Shown here: positions 16,701-30,228 of the stretch, in pieces
Layout: each line of letters opens with the position of its first letter
How positions within the stretch are numbered: position 1 is the first letter of the stretch
Source of the DNA: Bugula neritina
Taxonomy: Eukaryota; Animalia; Bryozoa
NCBI GenBank assembly: GCA_964035545.1
Contig: OZ037771.1
Span: forward strand, 14,135,133-14,199,132
Direction of reading: 5' to 3'
DNA: 64,000 bases
Program-made: the position numbers and the translations under genes
The notes under the pieces: generated by a model
The model's database searches: none
What the model was told of the DNA's origin: nothing
What the model saw: the letters and a program-made list of their open reading frames with translations, nothing else

Positions 16701-19520
16701 GTAAAACAAATATCAATAAAATAATATACACACAATTAATAATGAAGCTATATACTGTAGGTTGTATATCATGACTGAACACTGAAAATAATATTCAATA
16801 ACTCATGCTATATAGAGTTGTAACATGGGTTGTATAATCACATAATATACTAATATCAAGTAGTACACATTTGGAGTATACAATGGGGTTAAAGTTCGCA
16901 TGGTATAAATGGCAGAGTGAATTTTGTGCATGTAATTGCATAGTGCAAATGGAAAATTATACAAATGCGCCACATTTTCAAACTTGTGGTTTGGAGTTGA
17001 AAGGGTGGGTTTGGGTTTTGTGGTTTGGGAGGGTTGGGTTGTGGGTTTAAGTTAGGCGTAGGGCAATTTGGAGTTAAGGTGGGGATTTTGGTTTTGGGTT
17101 TGAGTTTGGGCAAATATACCATCAGAGTCCAATATTACTTAACTTTTCATTTGTGCCAAGGTAATGCCTGTTCTATATATTACATGCATGCACTTTTACC
17201 TATAATCAAATAAATACAATAAGCATCATATATTAAAATTTGCTGCAAGAAAATTGACAAACACAGCATGTAAGTGAAATATAGTGTAACTTAGTTTCTA
17301 AAAGCTGCCCAATTGATATTGTCCATTACAGACTAACTCTAAGTCTTCAAGTGTTGAGAGAATAAGCAGATGTGTATCAGAGACTACGTCAGTCAGTTTT
17401 ATCTAAACTCATAGTATAATTATATATAGTAACTTTCCAGAGGGTATAATAGCTGTCATATTATACTGCTGACTTACAAGATGGACACCTGGACTTTCGC
17501 AGCTGGTTGTTTAAAATATTATCTTCTTTACCTCATCATCCCTGTAATAAATTGTAAATATAATGTTGAGGTGGCTCTAACTATAATACATAGGACAGTT
17601 TGCACAGGTGCAAAGAGCACAAGTAATAAATTATTAGCACAAACGAAAAAGTAAGCAAAATGGAACACTTATGTTAGTCTTGCCAAACCTTCTGCCTTCA
17701 ATATTCCCATGTACCCAAACCCCTCACTCCTAGCCCACCAGTTTACCAAACTCCAAATGAGGGCCCAAACCCCAAACCCCTAAACCCCTAAACCCCAAAT
17801 CTTATGATCTTCAAACCTCCAAACCCAAGCCCTAAACCCCACCTCTAAACCCTAACCCTCTACTACAAACCCAAACCACTATACTCCTAACCCCATAACC
17901 TCAAATTCTATAGCTTTCAAACCTTCAAACCTAAACCCTCAAACCCCTCCATACAATATACTTCCAACTCCAACCCCAAATCACATTATTAAAATTTTTT
18001 TAACTATGCAATTAATATACCCAGTGCAAATTTACCCTTATACTTATATTTGTATTGTGTCATTATCAACAGCGCAGCTATAGTTTTACTTGTGTCATTT
18101 TTTCTCAACATCATATATAAAGCTTCTCACCTCATGTAATATAGCAAGTTGAATAAATAATATAGCTGGTGCCATAACCGAATCATGTAATATATAAATG
18201 AGATGGTGATAAGAGCAATAATGTGGTATAATATTAGAATTGTCTCCCTTGCAATTGTATCCACTTCAAGTGCTGGTAATGAGTATAAAATACTCATGCT
18301 CATGCTATATGGAGTTAATGCAACATGGATTCTATAATCACATAGTATTCTAATATCTTTGCAATCATGGTACATGAGAAGTAGAGAATGGGGTCAAAGT
18401 TTAAAAACCTGAATAAATGGTCTCGGGTAGGAATGGCACAGGTGCAAGTTAGCACAGGTAAAAATAGCAAAGAAAAAGTGGTGCAGATAATAATGGCAGC
18501 AGTAATATAATGGCACAAATGGAAAAATATAGGAAACTGTGAAAAAATTTAATAATAGGGTTTGAGGTTTTGAATGGGATTAGTTGGGACTGGAGATTAG
18601 GGGTTTGAGGTTGGAGTTAGAAGTTGCATGGAGGCTTAACTTTGCATGGTGGGGGTTTGGGTTTTTGGGTAAATATAAAATCAGTGGGCCATTTTACAAG
18701 CTTTTCTATTTGTGTCATAGTGTTTTCCCATGCTGTTATTTACCGTTTCACTGCTGCCTGCTGCATTTATTGTGTGCCACTTTTATCTATATAGTCAAAT
18801 AAATACAATAAGCATCACAAACTAAAATTTGCTGCAAGAAAATTGACAAACATCTGCATGTGGGTAAAGTCTAGAGTAGTTTCTACAAAAGCTGCCTGAA
18901 AAATATTGTCTTGGTAGACTAACTCTAAGTCTTCAAGTGTTGAGAGAATGAGCAGATATATTATAACATAGTAGATATATCAAATAGTATATACACACGC
19001 ACTTAATACAGAAACTATAATGTTGTATATTATGACTGAACACTGAAGATAATATTCATTAACTCATGCTATATGGAGTTAATGTAACACGGGCTCTATA
19101 ATCACATAGTATATACTAGTGCATTAGTGCACGTGTGGAGTATACAATGGGGTCAAAGTTAGCACATGCAGAAAAACTTAGAGCAAAGTGAATTCGGTGC
19201 AGGTAATAATTGTATAAATGGATAATTAAGTATATGTGCCACAGTTTCATATTTAGTGTTTGGGGGGTCGGGTTGGAGGTTTAAGTTAGGGGTAGGGCTT
19301 TGGAGTTAGAGTGGGATTTTTGGTTTGGGGTTAAAGTTTGGGCGAATATAACATACCGGCCTCATTTTAGCAAGTTGAACAAGTAACATCGATAGTGACA
19401 TGATCATATGATGTAATATATATATGATATGGTGATAAGAGCTATAATGCGGTGTAATATTAGAATTGTCTCCCTTACAAATGTAGTCACTTTAAGTGCT
19501 GGTAATGAGTGTAAAATACT
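13745..19520. repeat. Composite ~1.5 kb repeat, ~4 units arranged as a ~3 kb higher-order dimer
   Basis: Linker module at ~14360, 15829, 17333 and 18919. Two MITE subtypes alternate at ~13920, 15315, 16885 and 18390. Confidence 0.8.
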
Positions 19521-19606
19521 ATTGGGGTAAATGAAAAAAATATAGTTTAAAATAGAAAATATTATTTACATGTGCAAATCTGTTACGAAGCATTATCACA
19601 TAGGAG

Positions 19607-19724
19607 ATATATCAAATTGTGAGTATGTCAAATAGTAAGTATATCAAATAGTAAGTATATCAAATAGTAAGTATATCAAATAGTAAGTATATCAAATAGT
19701 AAGTATATCAAATAGTAAGTATAT
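19607..19724 (+). repeat. 16-bp minisatellite (gtaagtatatcaaata)n
   Basis: About 7 tandem copies, directly visible. Confidence 0.85.
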
Positions 19725-22700
19725 TGCAAACATTATTCACGGGTAAATATAGTTGTATATGTAAATAGAGAAACTTATGTGTTATAGCTAAATGCTACTT
19801 AATATATATATTCCATTATATAGCATTTAATAGCTATGTTACTTCATGTAGTTAAACAATGCAAATAAAATGCATGCCATGCAGTAACATCACTGTTATT
19901 TCAATTTACTTTCTTACTTAACATTTCAGTTCCCACTGTGAGATTACAAAGTGTGTTTCCATAACATTATCCTTTAAACATTTTGCAACATGAAAATAGT
20001 TATCACGTTGTGTGATTTTCGAATTCTCAAATCAAGTTATATATTTGCATATAGTTAGAATTTTAATTGTTTCAGATATTACAATGAAACAGTTTCACTA
20101 TTTTGATTTAAAATTTACACAATTAATATCTTACTTACATGTTTATTTGCCGACTATGAAAGTTTTATATTTAAATTACATTTGCAAGGCTAACAATGAG
20201 TCATGATATAAATAGCAGAACTCTCAATGAAGCATTTCAAATACAGTTTAATACTTTTTGGTTACAAGTTATCTAATAATTTGAATACTCTGTAATACCT
20301 GAGTTGTTGTGTAGTGAGAAGTGTACATCACACAGCTACTGTATGATCAGCTACTTTACCTTAACTCCTACACATGTATAGCAGACTACAGAAGTATATA
20401 ATATACTCATATACTTAGGTCAGTATATATTTTCCTAGAATGTTGTTTAGAGACATAAAAAAACTGCCTATGCACAACATACTTTGCATCTGCTTAGTAT
20501 CTCGTAATTAGACATAAAAAAATCAAAGCCAATTATAAGGCAAAAGACCATAATACTGTACTATCATTGGATAGTTCTTCATCAATAAACAGGTAGTCGC
20601 CAGTGGTGGATATAAACCCCTCCTAGATGTTTCTCGTACTTCTTCCTCAGAAAACATTTTCATTAAGCCAAAAAGAAATAACAATACACCTTTTTAGTTG
20701 ACACTTTTAATTTCTGACTGATATTTTACCTTATTTCCAATTATAATTAACTTTTAACCGGCACTTTTCTTTGTAGTAATTCCTACCCTTTAGACTGTGT
20801 ACTTTGAAATGAGTCTGTTTTACTCGTTACATAAAGTATAGTTGCACTGGCTACAGGTTGACACAAAAGCAAGCCTATCTTGATAAAATCATAGGCAAAT
20901 GTAGAAACTATCAAGGAGTTTGTTCCTCATAATTAGAAATTGACAAATTATTTTTAATCCGTTTAAAAGCATCTGGTTAGGGAAGCATATGCCGCGTTCA
21001 ATTTGTTATTCTAGCATTATAAATAACAGAATGCAATAATTATAAGTTTATGAAAGTAATTTGTTTTCTTTCTAATTACAAATATAATATTTTAGTATAT
21101 ATTGTAAATTTATAAGGCTTGCATTAGGAATAACGCAGCTAAAACATCATTTTCCTTAAAGTCTTAAAAATATATAAGTATAAAATAATACACTATGCCA
21201 ATAAACTTATTAAAGTACCAAGCAAGCTTAGCTAGTTTAAGAAAAATTACACTAGGTAAATTACCATTATTTATAGAATGCTTGCTGATATTAGCTTTTG
21301 ATGTAATTAAAGTAAATTATTATTTATCTTTCTAGCTAAGGATTTCTTGCAGTAAGTTTTGCTTTTATGCATGGAGAAATGTCGTAACAAACGAGTTAAA
21401 TTTTTATAGCACATAAAAATGTAATCTATAAGTCGAAGATATTTAAACTTAGCCATTAACTCATTTTAATTATAAATGTCTTGCAATGTAGCCTAAATCT
21501 AATACAATACAAAATATATACCAGTATATATAATATATTTTTACCATGCTGTTAATTACAGTATTTGTAAAACAAATTTTATGCTCATTAATTAAATGCA
21601 ACAAATATTTATAAAATACTAATAATGTTGAATAAATAAATTCAATAATTCCTTTTCTATTTAGATAGCTGCATAATTTCTTGCAAGGTTGTATAAAGGA
21701 GTTGTGGCCCACAACTTATTATGTGTTCAATTGCCACATATGTCTTAGGAAGAAGAAAACTCCCCAAAAATTCTTAGTTTAAAAATTCTAGTATAATTAA
21801 AATCACTTAATATATGTCTTTGAAATGCATTTTGCCACTCTGCAAAGTTGCAGGAACAAATATTGCATGAAGTAATAAATGATTTATGAAGTAATTAACA
21901 AACCAATGTAAAAACTGTTGTTGTATATAGAACACAACATTTTGATTTTCTTCAATTTCCACATCAAATCTATATATTCAATTATATCTAACCAATGCTA
22001 ATAAACTAAACATGCATGCATACAAATACTTGCATCATATGCAAGTAATATTAGCTAATTAGCAACTATAGCATTTTTTTCATTATCTTTATTGCTTGCA
22101 TATGTCTAAGTATTATTAAAATAAGGTTTTTATTTGCAACTTTGCACCACAAATTACATAAAATCTAAAAACTTGAGTTGTGACATAGGGCTACCTATAC
22201 ACAAATAGACCTTCATAAAACTCTCAATGATTTTATTCAACTCATGTATGCAAATGTTTTGCTTTAAAACAATTCTTCTAAATCACCCTAGAGCAGGAAA
22301 TTATTACAAAAACAGCTTCTCATATATAATTTTTCCCCAGATTAATTTTTTTTCCTGTATTTAAACTATCTTAGCAAGTGAAGATTGTGATATCACTCAG
22401 GTAAGCACATATATTATATTATTCATAGCTGTAATACTTTAGCAATGAATAGATCATGTTTAATTTCCACTCTACCTAGCAGTTTTTCAGAATTATAGAG
22501 CTATGTATATCGTGAAATTGGAATAGCCTAATAGTTTTACATGTGTTTATAGCTAGACAAATTAACTTAAAAAGCTTACAATAATTAGATGATATTTGCA
22601 TTCTTTTGAAGGTTATGGTGAAGCTACTGCAAAACTGGCCATTAATTTAGCATAATATGCAATGCCACGCAAAAGCATGCCAAACAAGCAATGTTTATTT

Positions 22701-25099
22701 ACCTTACCAGTGCAATTTTATCACCTTAAACACAAAAGCAAGTATAAAATACACATCCATATTAGATTAACTGTCAAGTTAAAAAAAGACAACATATATT
22801 CATGAGCTGGTTCTGTTTGCACAAGTACAATTTAGACCAGCTTATTATTTAGATTGCCACAAAAATATGACATAAAATATGTCTTTAATCATTATTTTGA
22901 TATTCACTGGTTGAAGATATTTTTTATATCCTAATATGTAAATATTGTACATAAATCTTAAAAGTTAGCTAGGTGAATAAGGAAAACTGCTAATTTTATG
23001 AAACTGTTATGTTAATAAAGACAATGGCTATCAACAAATCCCACCAGACCACAAACTAATTGTAAATACTAAAGCAATTATATAGTGCTATGTGTTGATC
23101 TAGCCTAGTCAATACACCACAAATATGTATTATGACATACCACATTTTAAGTACTGGGTTACCATTTATTCTAATGGGTATTTGTTTAAACTGTTATATA
23201 CAGCTTTTTGCACTACCAATATACAAGCCAGTTGTTATTCTGTCACTTTTTATCTACATCTCTTTTTAATGCCAGTTACTTGTTAGCTTCAGTACAAACA
23301 GCTAAACATTCTACTCTACAGCCAATCTTACTGTTAACTCTTGTTTAACAATATTACAAGAATCTAAAAATTTGAGTGTGTTTTAAGTATAATATTCTAT
23401 CATTATAACTTTTAAATGAAACAATAATATGATAAATGCATTATAACTTTCTGAAAAGTTTGTTTGCAAAGTATATGTTTTTGGAAAATAGTTTTACAAC
23501 ATTTGCTAGGAGCATTATATTTATTCCTATCTAAAATAATTTTGTTTGAACTGCTATGTTTGTAATCATGTAATCAGAAGTAAAGCATCAGTAAAATGAG
23601 TATAAGTAGAAGCTTGACAGCTACATTAGGCATTGCTACATAGTACATAAATATATGGCCGTATTAAATACTTAGCTGCATTCACAGATAAATGCATGGC
23701 TTGGAATTACAATACCATGAATACATTATTTATTTAGCTGGGTAACTATACAATTATGCCAAAGTGAAAAGCCTTTGGTTATTAATGCCTGAAACGTCTA
23801 ACAATCTACTTGGGAGACCACCTTGTTGTTACAGAGTGAATGAGTTATTTGTTTGGCATTTGGATGATGGCACAAAGAAAGGCTATTTGGTTTGTTACTT
23901 GAGACTAGTAGCAAACTGCTACAGTCATAGCATCTTAGAAGATTTTGCATCACTTGCTAGAATTGTACATTATTTTAATGTAGCTATTGAAATTAATATC
24001 TCACTGAAAACACAGTATTGCAAAATCTTAAGCTGTACATAATTATATTATGCATCAAAAAGTACTTCTGCTATTCCACTATCCCAGGTTTATTTTAAAC
24101 TAGCACTGCCAAAGTGCCTTGACTCTATTACAGTGTTTACTAGCTAATTTTGTTCTTCTCAATAGTGAAATAGATCTATTGCAAGAAATTAATGACTAGA
24201 TATAACAATAATGATTTTTAAGCAAGACTTTCGCATCTATATTGCTCATCTGCTAGCTTGAAATACCCCTCTCCTTGGACTAATCTCAGGCTTTTCATTG
24301 TTGTTTAAACAGTTTTTAAACTCCTATTTCAATAAATCATTACCAACACTGCCTGCATGTATTAATATTCATTAGTGCCATCAATGCACTGTGGAGACAG
24401 CACCTGATGTTCTGTATATTACATTATAGTACAGAGATACTAAATCCAAAACATCTAAAATAATTGATGCTTCTACCAGATTTTTAGCACACCTATAATA
24501 TGTATTCCTGTAGTAAATATTAATAAGATGTTTTAACTGATAGTTTTTATGCCATTATAATAGTTTGATACTATAACTACAACTTGAAACTCTTTAACCA
24601 GCACATTGGTTAGTAATATTGCTTCTTGATATTTAATTGCTGGTTCACAAACTATCAATAATAGGGATACATATCAAAACTTGACTGCATTCATAATATG
24701 ATTTTAATGCCAGGTAATGACTAAGCATGTCTGGCTGATATGAGGTGACTATTTTGTACACTGTTTAACAACATCAGCTTTTTGGGTTCATTTAAAGCAT
24801 CTGCAAATCTGTATTATACATAATTACTGTTAGGGCCAATTAATTAAATTGTTAACCCTGAAATGCTTTTTACACTGTAATACTAAGTAGTAAAAGACAT
24901 GTATATATATATAAACTGATTGTAATTTATACATAACATTGTACATTTAAAAAAAATCACAAAATACATAATTTATTAGCTAAATTCCAAGGCGTTTTGT
25001 AGGTAGTGGGTTAATGTCAATAAAGTAGAATCCGGGAAGTTGAGTAGCTTTATTCAAGAGGAAGGCTCTCCAACAGTTCTACCAAAGCCTAAATAACAT

Positions 25100-27880
25100 G
25101 TATAAAATAAAGGTTATATGCACAATTTTTTTTCAAAAACAGCCTGCAACTGTTTTGCTATTGCATATGCCCTACGCCATTCATCAAGTGGAACAATTTT
25201 AACCAGGATATCTAGAAAAGTTGACACAAGGGCTTTATAAACTATGTAACAGTAAAACTGTGAGTAGAAATTAATTGACACTAATGAATAATGCTTTAGG
25301 TGCTGGCAACAACCATAAAAGAAAAGTTATATAACAAACAAATAGAAAAAGCACTAAACAAATCAACAGCATTATATACAATTGGGGCACATACATGAAA
25401 ACAGCAGCTAGTGTCATTTTCTTAAGACAGCACTATTTTAGGTGTAAATTTAAGAAGTATTAGAAAATGCAGAAATTTACTGCAATTGGTTCATTTTATT
25501 TAAGTTAGTACATACTGAAGATCTCAAGTTTTTGCTAATGAACATGAGTTTTGGCCCGAAACTAAAAAAATATCAATAAATACACCTAAATAATCAAGGC
25601 TCTTTTTAATTTTCTTTGATTTCCTATGCTTTTTTCTAATTACAGCAACTTCTGACTGGGGATCGCCACGGTTAGTTTGTAACAGTAGGCAATCCAAATG
25701 AAATGAATAAATAGGAAAAAACATGAGAAATCATGCAAAATTAAGAAGAACCTTGATTATTTAGGTGTACTTCTTGATGTCTCACTAATTTTAAGCAAAA
25801 AGCATTGTTCATTAGCAGCTAAATTGTAAAAATGGCTAAAAACTGCAGATTTCCAGTGTGTACTAAATTAAATAAAAGGACTCAATCACCTTTGCAACAT
25901 AATTCAATAATTGCATGGTCAAGCAGAATAAACTACAATTAACAGCAACAACAGTGTAATAGTTGCGTAGAAAAGTTGTACTGCAAAAAACTAAAAGAAT
26001 GCAAAATCTATAAATGTGTGCTACCAAGTAAATGCTGAACAGACATCATGAAATAGTGTACGAAATACAAACTATTAAACTTACCTGTTGATCTAATGCA
26101 GCCAAAACCTTAAGCTTAGAGTAGTGGAATGGTGCTGTTCGATGTTGATATGCTACAAGTAGCTAAGATGACTCAAATTCTTGCCTTTAGGAGTAAGAGG
26201 CCTCAGCTCAGTTTCAACAAAACTTCCAATAATCTCAACGGATGCGCTCAATTAGGAGCCACAACAAAGCACACCCATGTCATTTTAGTAAACTCTAAAA
26301 AATGAACGGAAATAAAACTGTTAGAGAGTAAACAGAGAAACATATAGTGATGGGGGAAAAACCTGTCAGCAATGGTTATATACACTCATAGTCATAACAG
26401 GAAGAAAAAGATAATGAATAACAAGCTATTCAAGATGACACAAGAAACCAAACAAATTTCTTTGACTAAAAAATATAATTAAATACTATATTACTAGGCA
26501 AAAAATATTTGTTTTGAACAACGTATTATTGGGAAGAATTGCCAGTGTCTTAAATTTTGAGATTAAAGTTTCTGCCTTATAGCGGAAATAGAGAGGCAAT
26601 CAATAGTGTACAAAACATGTTTTCAGTCATTGGCTGTTGACTAAATTGACAAAGTTAAAGAAAGCTTCCATATCATTATTTATTTTGTTCTCAAGTGTGT
26701 GGTTACAGTTTCATGAGTCAGAAATATAATTATTTGAGATATGAAATCAAATGTAGTCAAAAGAGTGTCATACAATTTAAAATGTAGTAATAGAGCTTTG
26801 ACAATAATTTCTTCTGCTAAGTAAAACAGGTACCATTATGTGCTACTTATCTTTTAGAGATGAACATCAAGGATGTTGAAAACAAACTAGTTGTAAATTA
26901 CAGCAAATACCTTTCTACTTACCTAACCAGAGAAAATAAGTTTTCAACCTTGCATGCACTCAGCTGGTTTTCAATGTTTGGATCAGTGACATCTTTATAA
27001 CTGATAGCAGCATTATGTGATAGCTTTAGGAATTGTTACCTTAAATCTAAATTATATAGAACAAGAAGTGCAAAAATATGGCATTAGTACTCATTGCACA
27101 ATACACACTTGCTAGAGTAGCTAATCTAGCATCACATTAATTTAAGAAAGACAAAATTTTATTACTGTTCACAAATGATGAATATTAAAATTTGAATAAT
27201 TAGACAAATTAACAATGATATTGATGTTAGTTCAAACATTACTAATGGTAAACACCAAAATACTAATAGGAATAGTCATGTTAACATCAATTAGAAAAGT
27301 AAAGATAATTTGAAAATGAGACAGTTTATAGGTCTAACTCTTATAGTTGACAAGCAATTACAGGGCAGTCATATTGATGTAGGCTACCCTCAAAATGTAG
27401 CACTTTAAAAATATTAAAAAGACAGCACATATAAGAACATAATCTTAAAAATAGGCATATGTGACACCTATATTTTGATTAACAAAGAAATCTTCTTTAC
27501 TTTATTAATCTAGCTCATATAATGGTATTCTGTCTTAGTATGTTATTTTAATACTTGAAATCTAATCAGCTACAGAAAAGTACTTCAATTCAAAGGCCTT
27601 CATAATTATTCTTTAGTTTGCTATTAAAATAGACAGTAAGGTTGATGAATAAAATAAAAGTTAGTAAAGTAAAAACTAAATAAATTGAGAATAATATCTC
27701 CACTCTAAGGTTATAATCCTTATAAATTAACATTTTAATACTCCTGTTATCCTTAGGTATAGTTGTTAGCAATTTAACTATGAGCTCGAAGCCAAATGTC
27801 AGTATCAGCATCCCCATTACATTGACTAAGACTGACTTTATAACCCTCAAGCTGTGGCACTCAATTTCTATAAGTAGTAA
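25100..27880 (-). pseudogene. Decayed multi-exon gene remnants of unknown identity inside the giant element
   Basis: Minus-strand segments with splice-like borders and mostly open frames: ~25241-25120 (YKALVSTFLDILVKIVPLDEWRRAYAIAKQLQA), 26294-26085 (ends cag|gtaagt), ~27045-26922 (ends ag|gtaagt). Stops and frameshifts present. Confidence 0.3.
25488..25883. mobile_element. Palindromic MITE, Sola-like (G(G/A)GTC-type ends, 4-bp TSD-like flanks)
   Basis: Long imperfect inverted arms (ggttcattttatttaagttagtacatactg / cagtgtgtactaaattaaataaaaggactc), flanks aatt/aatc. Same family at 60366-60787. Confidence 0.65.
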
Positions 27881-27949
27881 CTAATAACAAATATAAAATT
27901 ATTTATTTGCTACTGATAGTGATAATAATAATAATTAAAAATAATAATA

Positions 27950-30228
27950 TGATCCATTAAAATAGAACTAATAAAGCCAACGACGTTAATGGTATGTCTA
28001 ACTAAACATGGCATGTCTCGTCTGGCAGTGGGTATGTGGAGGACCAGGCAACCTACGGCCGTCAACCCGTTACTGGCACAACTAGAAGAAGATACTCAAG
28101 AGAAGACAACAAAGTTGTCATGAAATGCTGCTTCAAAAGTACACCCAAATTGAGAGGTTATAGAAAAACAATGTATGAGCTCTGTAGACCCGGATCAAAG
28201 AATTATTTAAAAAGAATGTGCAAACGCTGGAAAACAGAGGAGAGTTTAACATCAGCGAATAGAGACTAGCGGATTAAGCAAGAACTATGAAGAAACACAA
28301 GCATTTTATGGAAGAAGAACTCCATAAGATTGAAGAAGGAACCTTGCAAAAATTAGGCACATCAATTGATGAAGAAGAGCTAAATTTGCAAATAGAGGAT
28401 GTTATAGTACAACATGAGATAGCATATAGCACAACATGAGATAGCATATAAATCAGCCATGAGAATTTTAAGAGCACCTAGTTCAGAGGTAGAAAAAGTG
28501 TTAGTAGAAAAATTATAAATGAGCATAACAAACTATCTAATGATTGACCAACACTAAGAGCCCTTAGGCACATTGAGAGGGTCAAATTACTACAGGCAGT
28601 AAAACAGATTAATGATGTGCTAAACTGCGTTGAGATTATTAATACCATTGAGCTTAATAACACCACCATGGCTTGTGCGAAAAATAGTAACAGAACAAGT
28701 GTGTAACAAAAAGGAAAAAGAAAAACTGACAATGTACAAGTATGGAAAATACGACTGCAGAAGAAATAAAAAGAAATTAGATCAGACTTAAGTAAAATAT
28801 CAGAGTGAAAAAGTAGAGCTTACAATGATTCATTGAGAAGAATGGTTGAAGAAAAATATAGGATAAAGAACAAAGAGTGTGGTGTAGTGATTGAAAAACT
28901 GAAGCAAAACCTGAGAGCTGTAAGCCAGAAGATAAACAGATATACAGAATGAGTTGATCAATATAATCAGAACACAATGTTTACAATGATAAGCGCTTTT
29001 ATCAAGAATTACGAGGAAATGAATGTACATCTAAAGAGGCACCTGACAAGGAAATCAAAAGCATTCTGATAAAATATATAGGGTCAGCCAACTAAAAATA
29101 ATACCAATGCAGAATGACTAAATAAAGTTAGCAACAAATTGGAGCATATGTAAAGACAAGGAAATTAGATCTTAGAAACGATGCAAACAACTGGAATAGC
29201 AATTAATGTCATAAGGTTGATAAGAAAAAGCATGAAACCTGGAAAACACAACTGAAATACCTGGAAGAAAAGATAGGAGAAATAAAGATCAAACTAAGAA
29301 TTTTCCAAGGAGACTCTTTATCTCTATCCCTTTTCTCCAACTACAGATTCGCATGACAGAACAGCTCAATGATGCAAATTTCGACGAGACAGAAAACAAA
29401 CCATCTCCTATATGTGGATGACCTGAAGGTAAATAGGAAATCAAAGTCAGAACTGGAAGCTTTGGTAAACACTGCCGGGATCTTCACAAGGAATATAGAA
29501 ATGAAATTTGGATTAAAAAATGTGCCACACTGGTTATGAGAAAGGGAAAGAAAATCAAGGACACAGGAATCAGTTTGCCTGATGAACAGGTAATCAAAGA
29601 TCTGGGTGAGAAGCCGTATAAATATCTAGGAGTTCTTGAGATTGATAGAATACAAATATATGAAATGAAAAATAAGATCAAGGAGTACTACAAACAAATA
29701 AGAAAAGTTCTGGATTCAAAACTGAATGGTGAGAACACAATCAAAGCAATAAACACATGGGCAGTAACAGCAGTGCATTACACAGCTAGAATACTTGACT
29801 GAACTGTTTCATGAGCTAAAAAATATGGACTGAAAGACAAGGAAGCTAATGACAACAAACCGTGCACCCTATCCAAGAGCAGATGTAGGCAGGCTGTATT
29901 TTAGCAGAAGGGAAGGCGGTAGAAGAATGGTGTCAACTGAAAAATGCATAAAGATTGAAAACTGCAGCATGTCAGACTACATAAATATAACATAGAGTGA
30001 TAGAAACACCACACTGAATACCTTCCTAAAAGACAAAACGGCGGTAGAACTAAATAATGATAAAGTGATAGAAAGAACTGATGAGTGTAAAGAAAAGCTT
30101 CACGTGGTCAATACATCAAAATGGTGGAAGACATGAAAGCATTTTCCCGGAACTGGTTGAAGTATGGTTGGCTGAAAAAGGAAACAGAAGGACTGCTGAC
30201 AGCTGCGCAAGATCAACTATTCACTACT
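27950..30228 (+). mobile_element. R4/Dong-clade non-LTR retrotransposon, 5' part (decayed RT)
   Basis: RRRYSREDNKVVMKC..K..P.LRGYRK, IFQGDSLS, HLLYVDDLK, FGLKKCA, YKYLGVLE, KLNGENTIKAINTWAV, KKETEGLLTAAQDQ. Starts in a TAA-rich tract; many stops and frameshifts. Confidence 0.85.

Noticed and set aside
13745-19520. CRISPR-like array or true telomeric repeats
   Set aside because: Units are ~1.5 kb with homologous spacers. The G/C-rich tracts are degenerate MITE cores, not tandem TTAGGG arrays.
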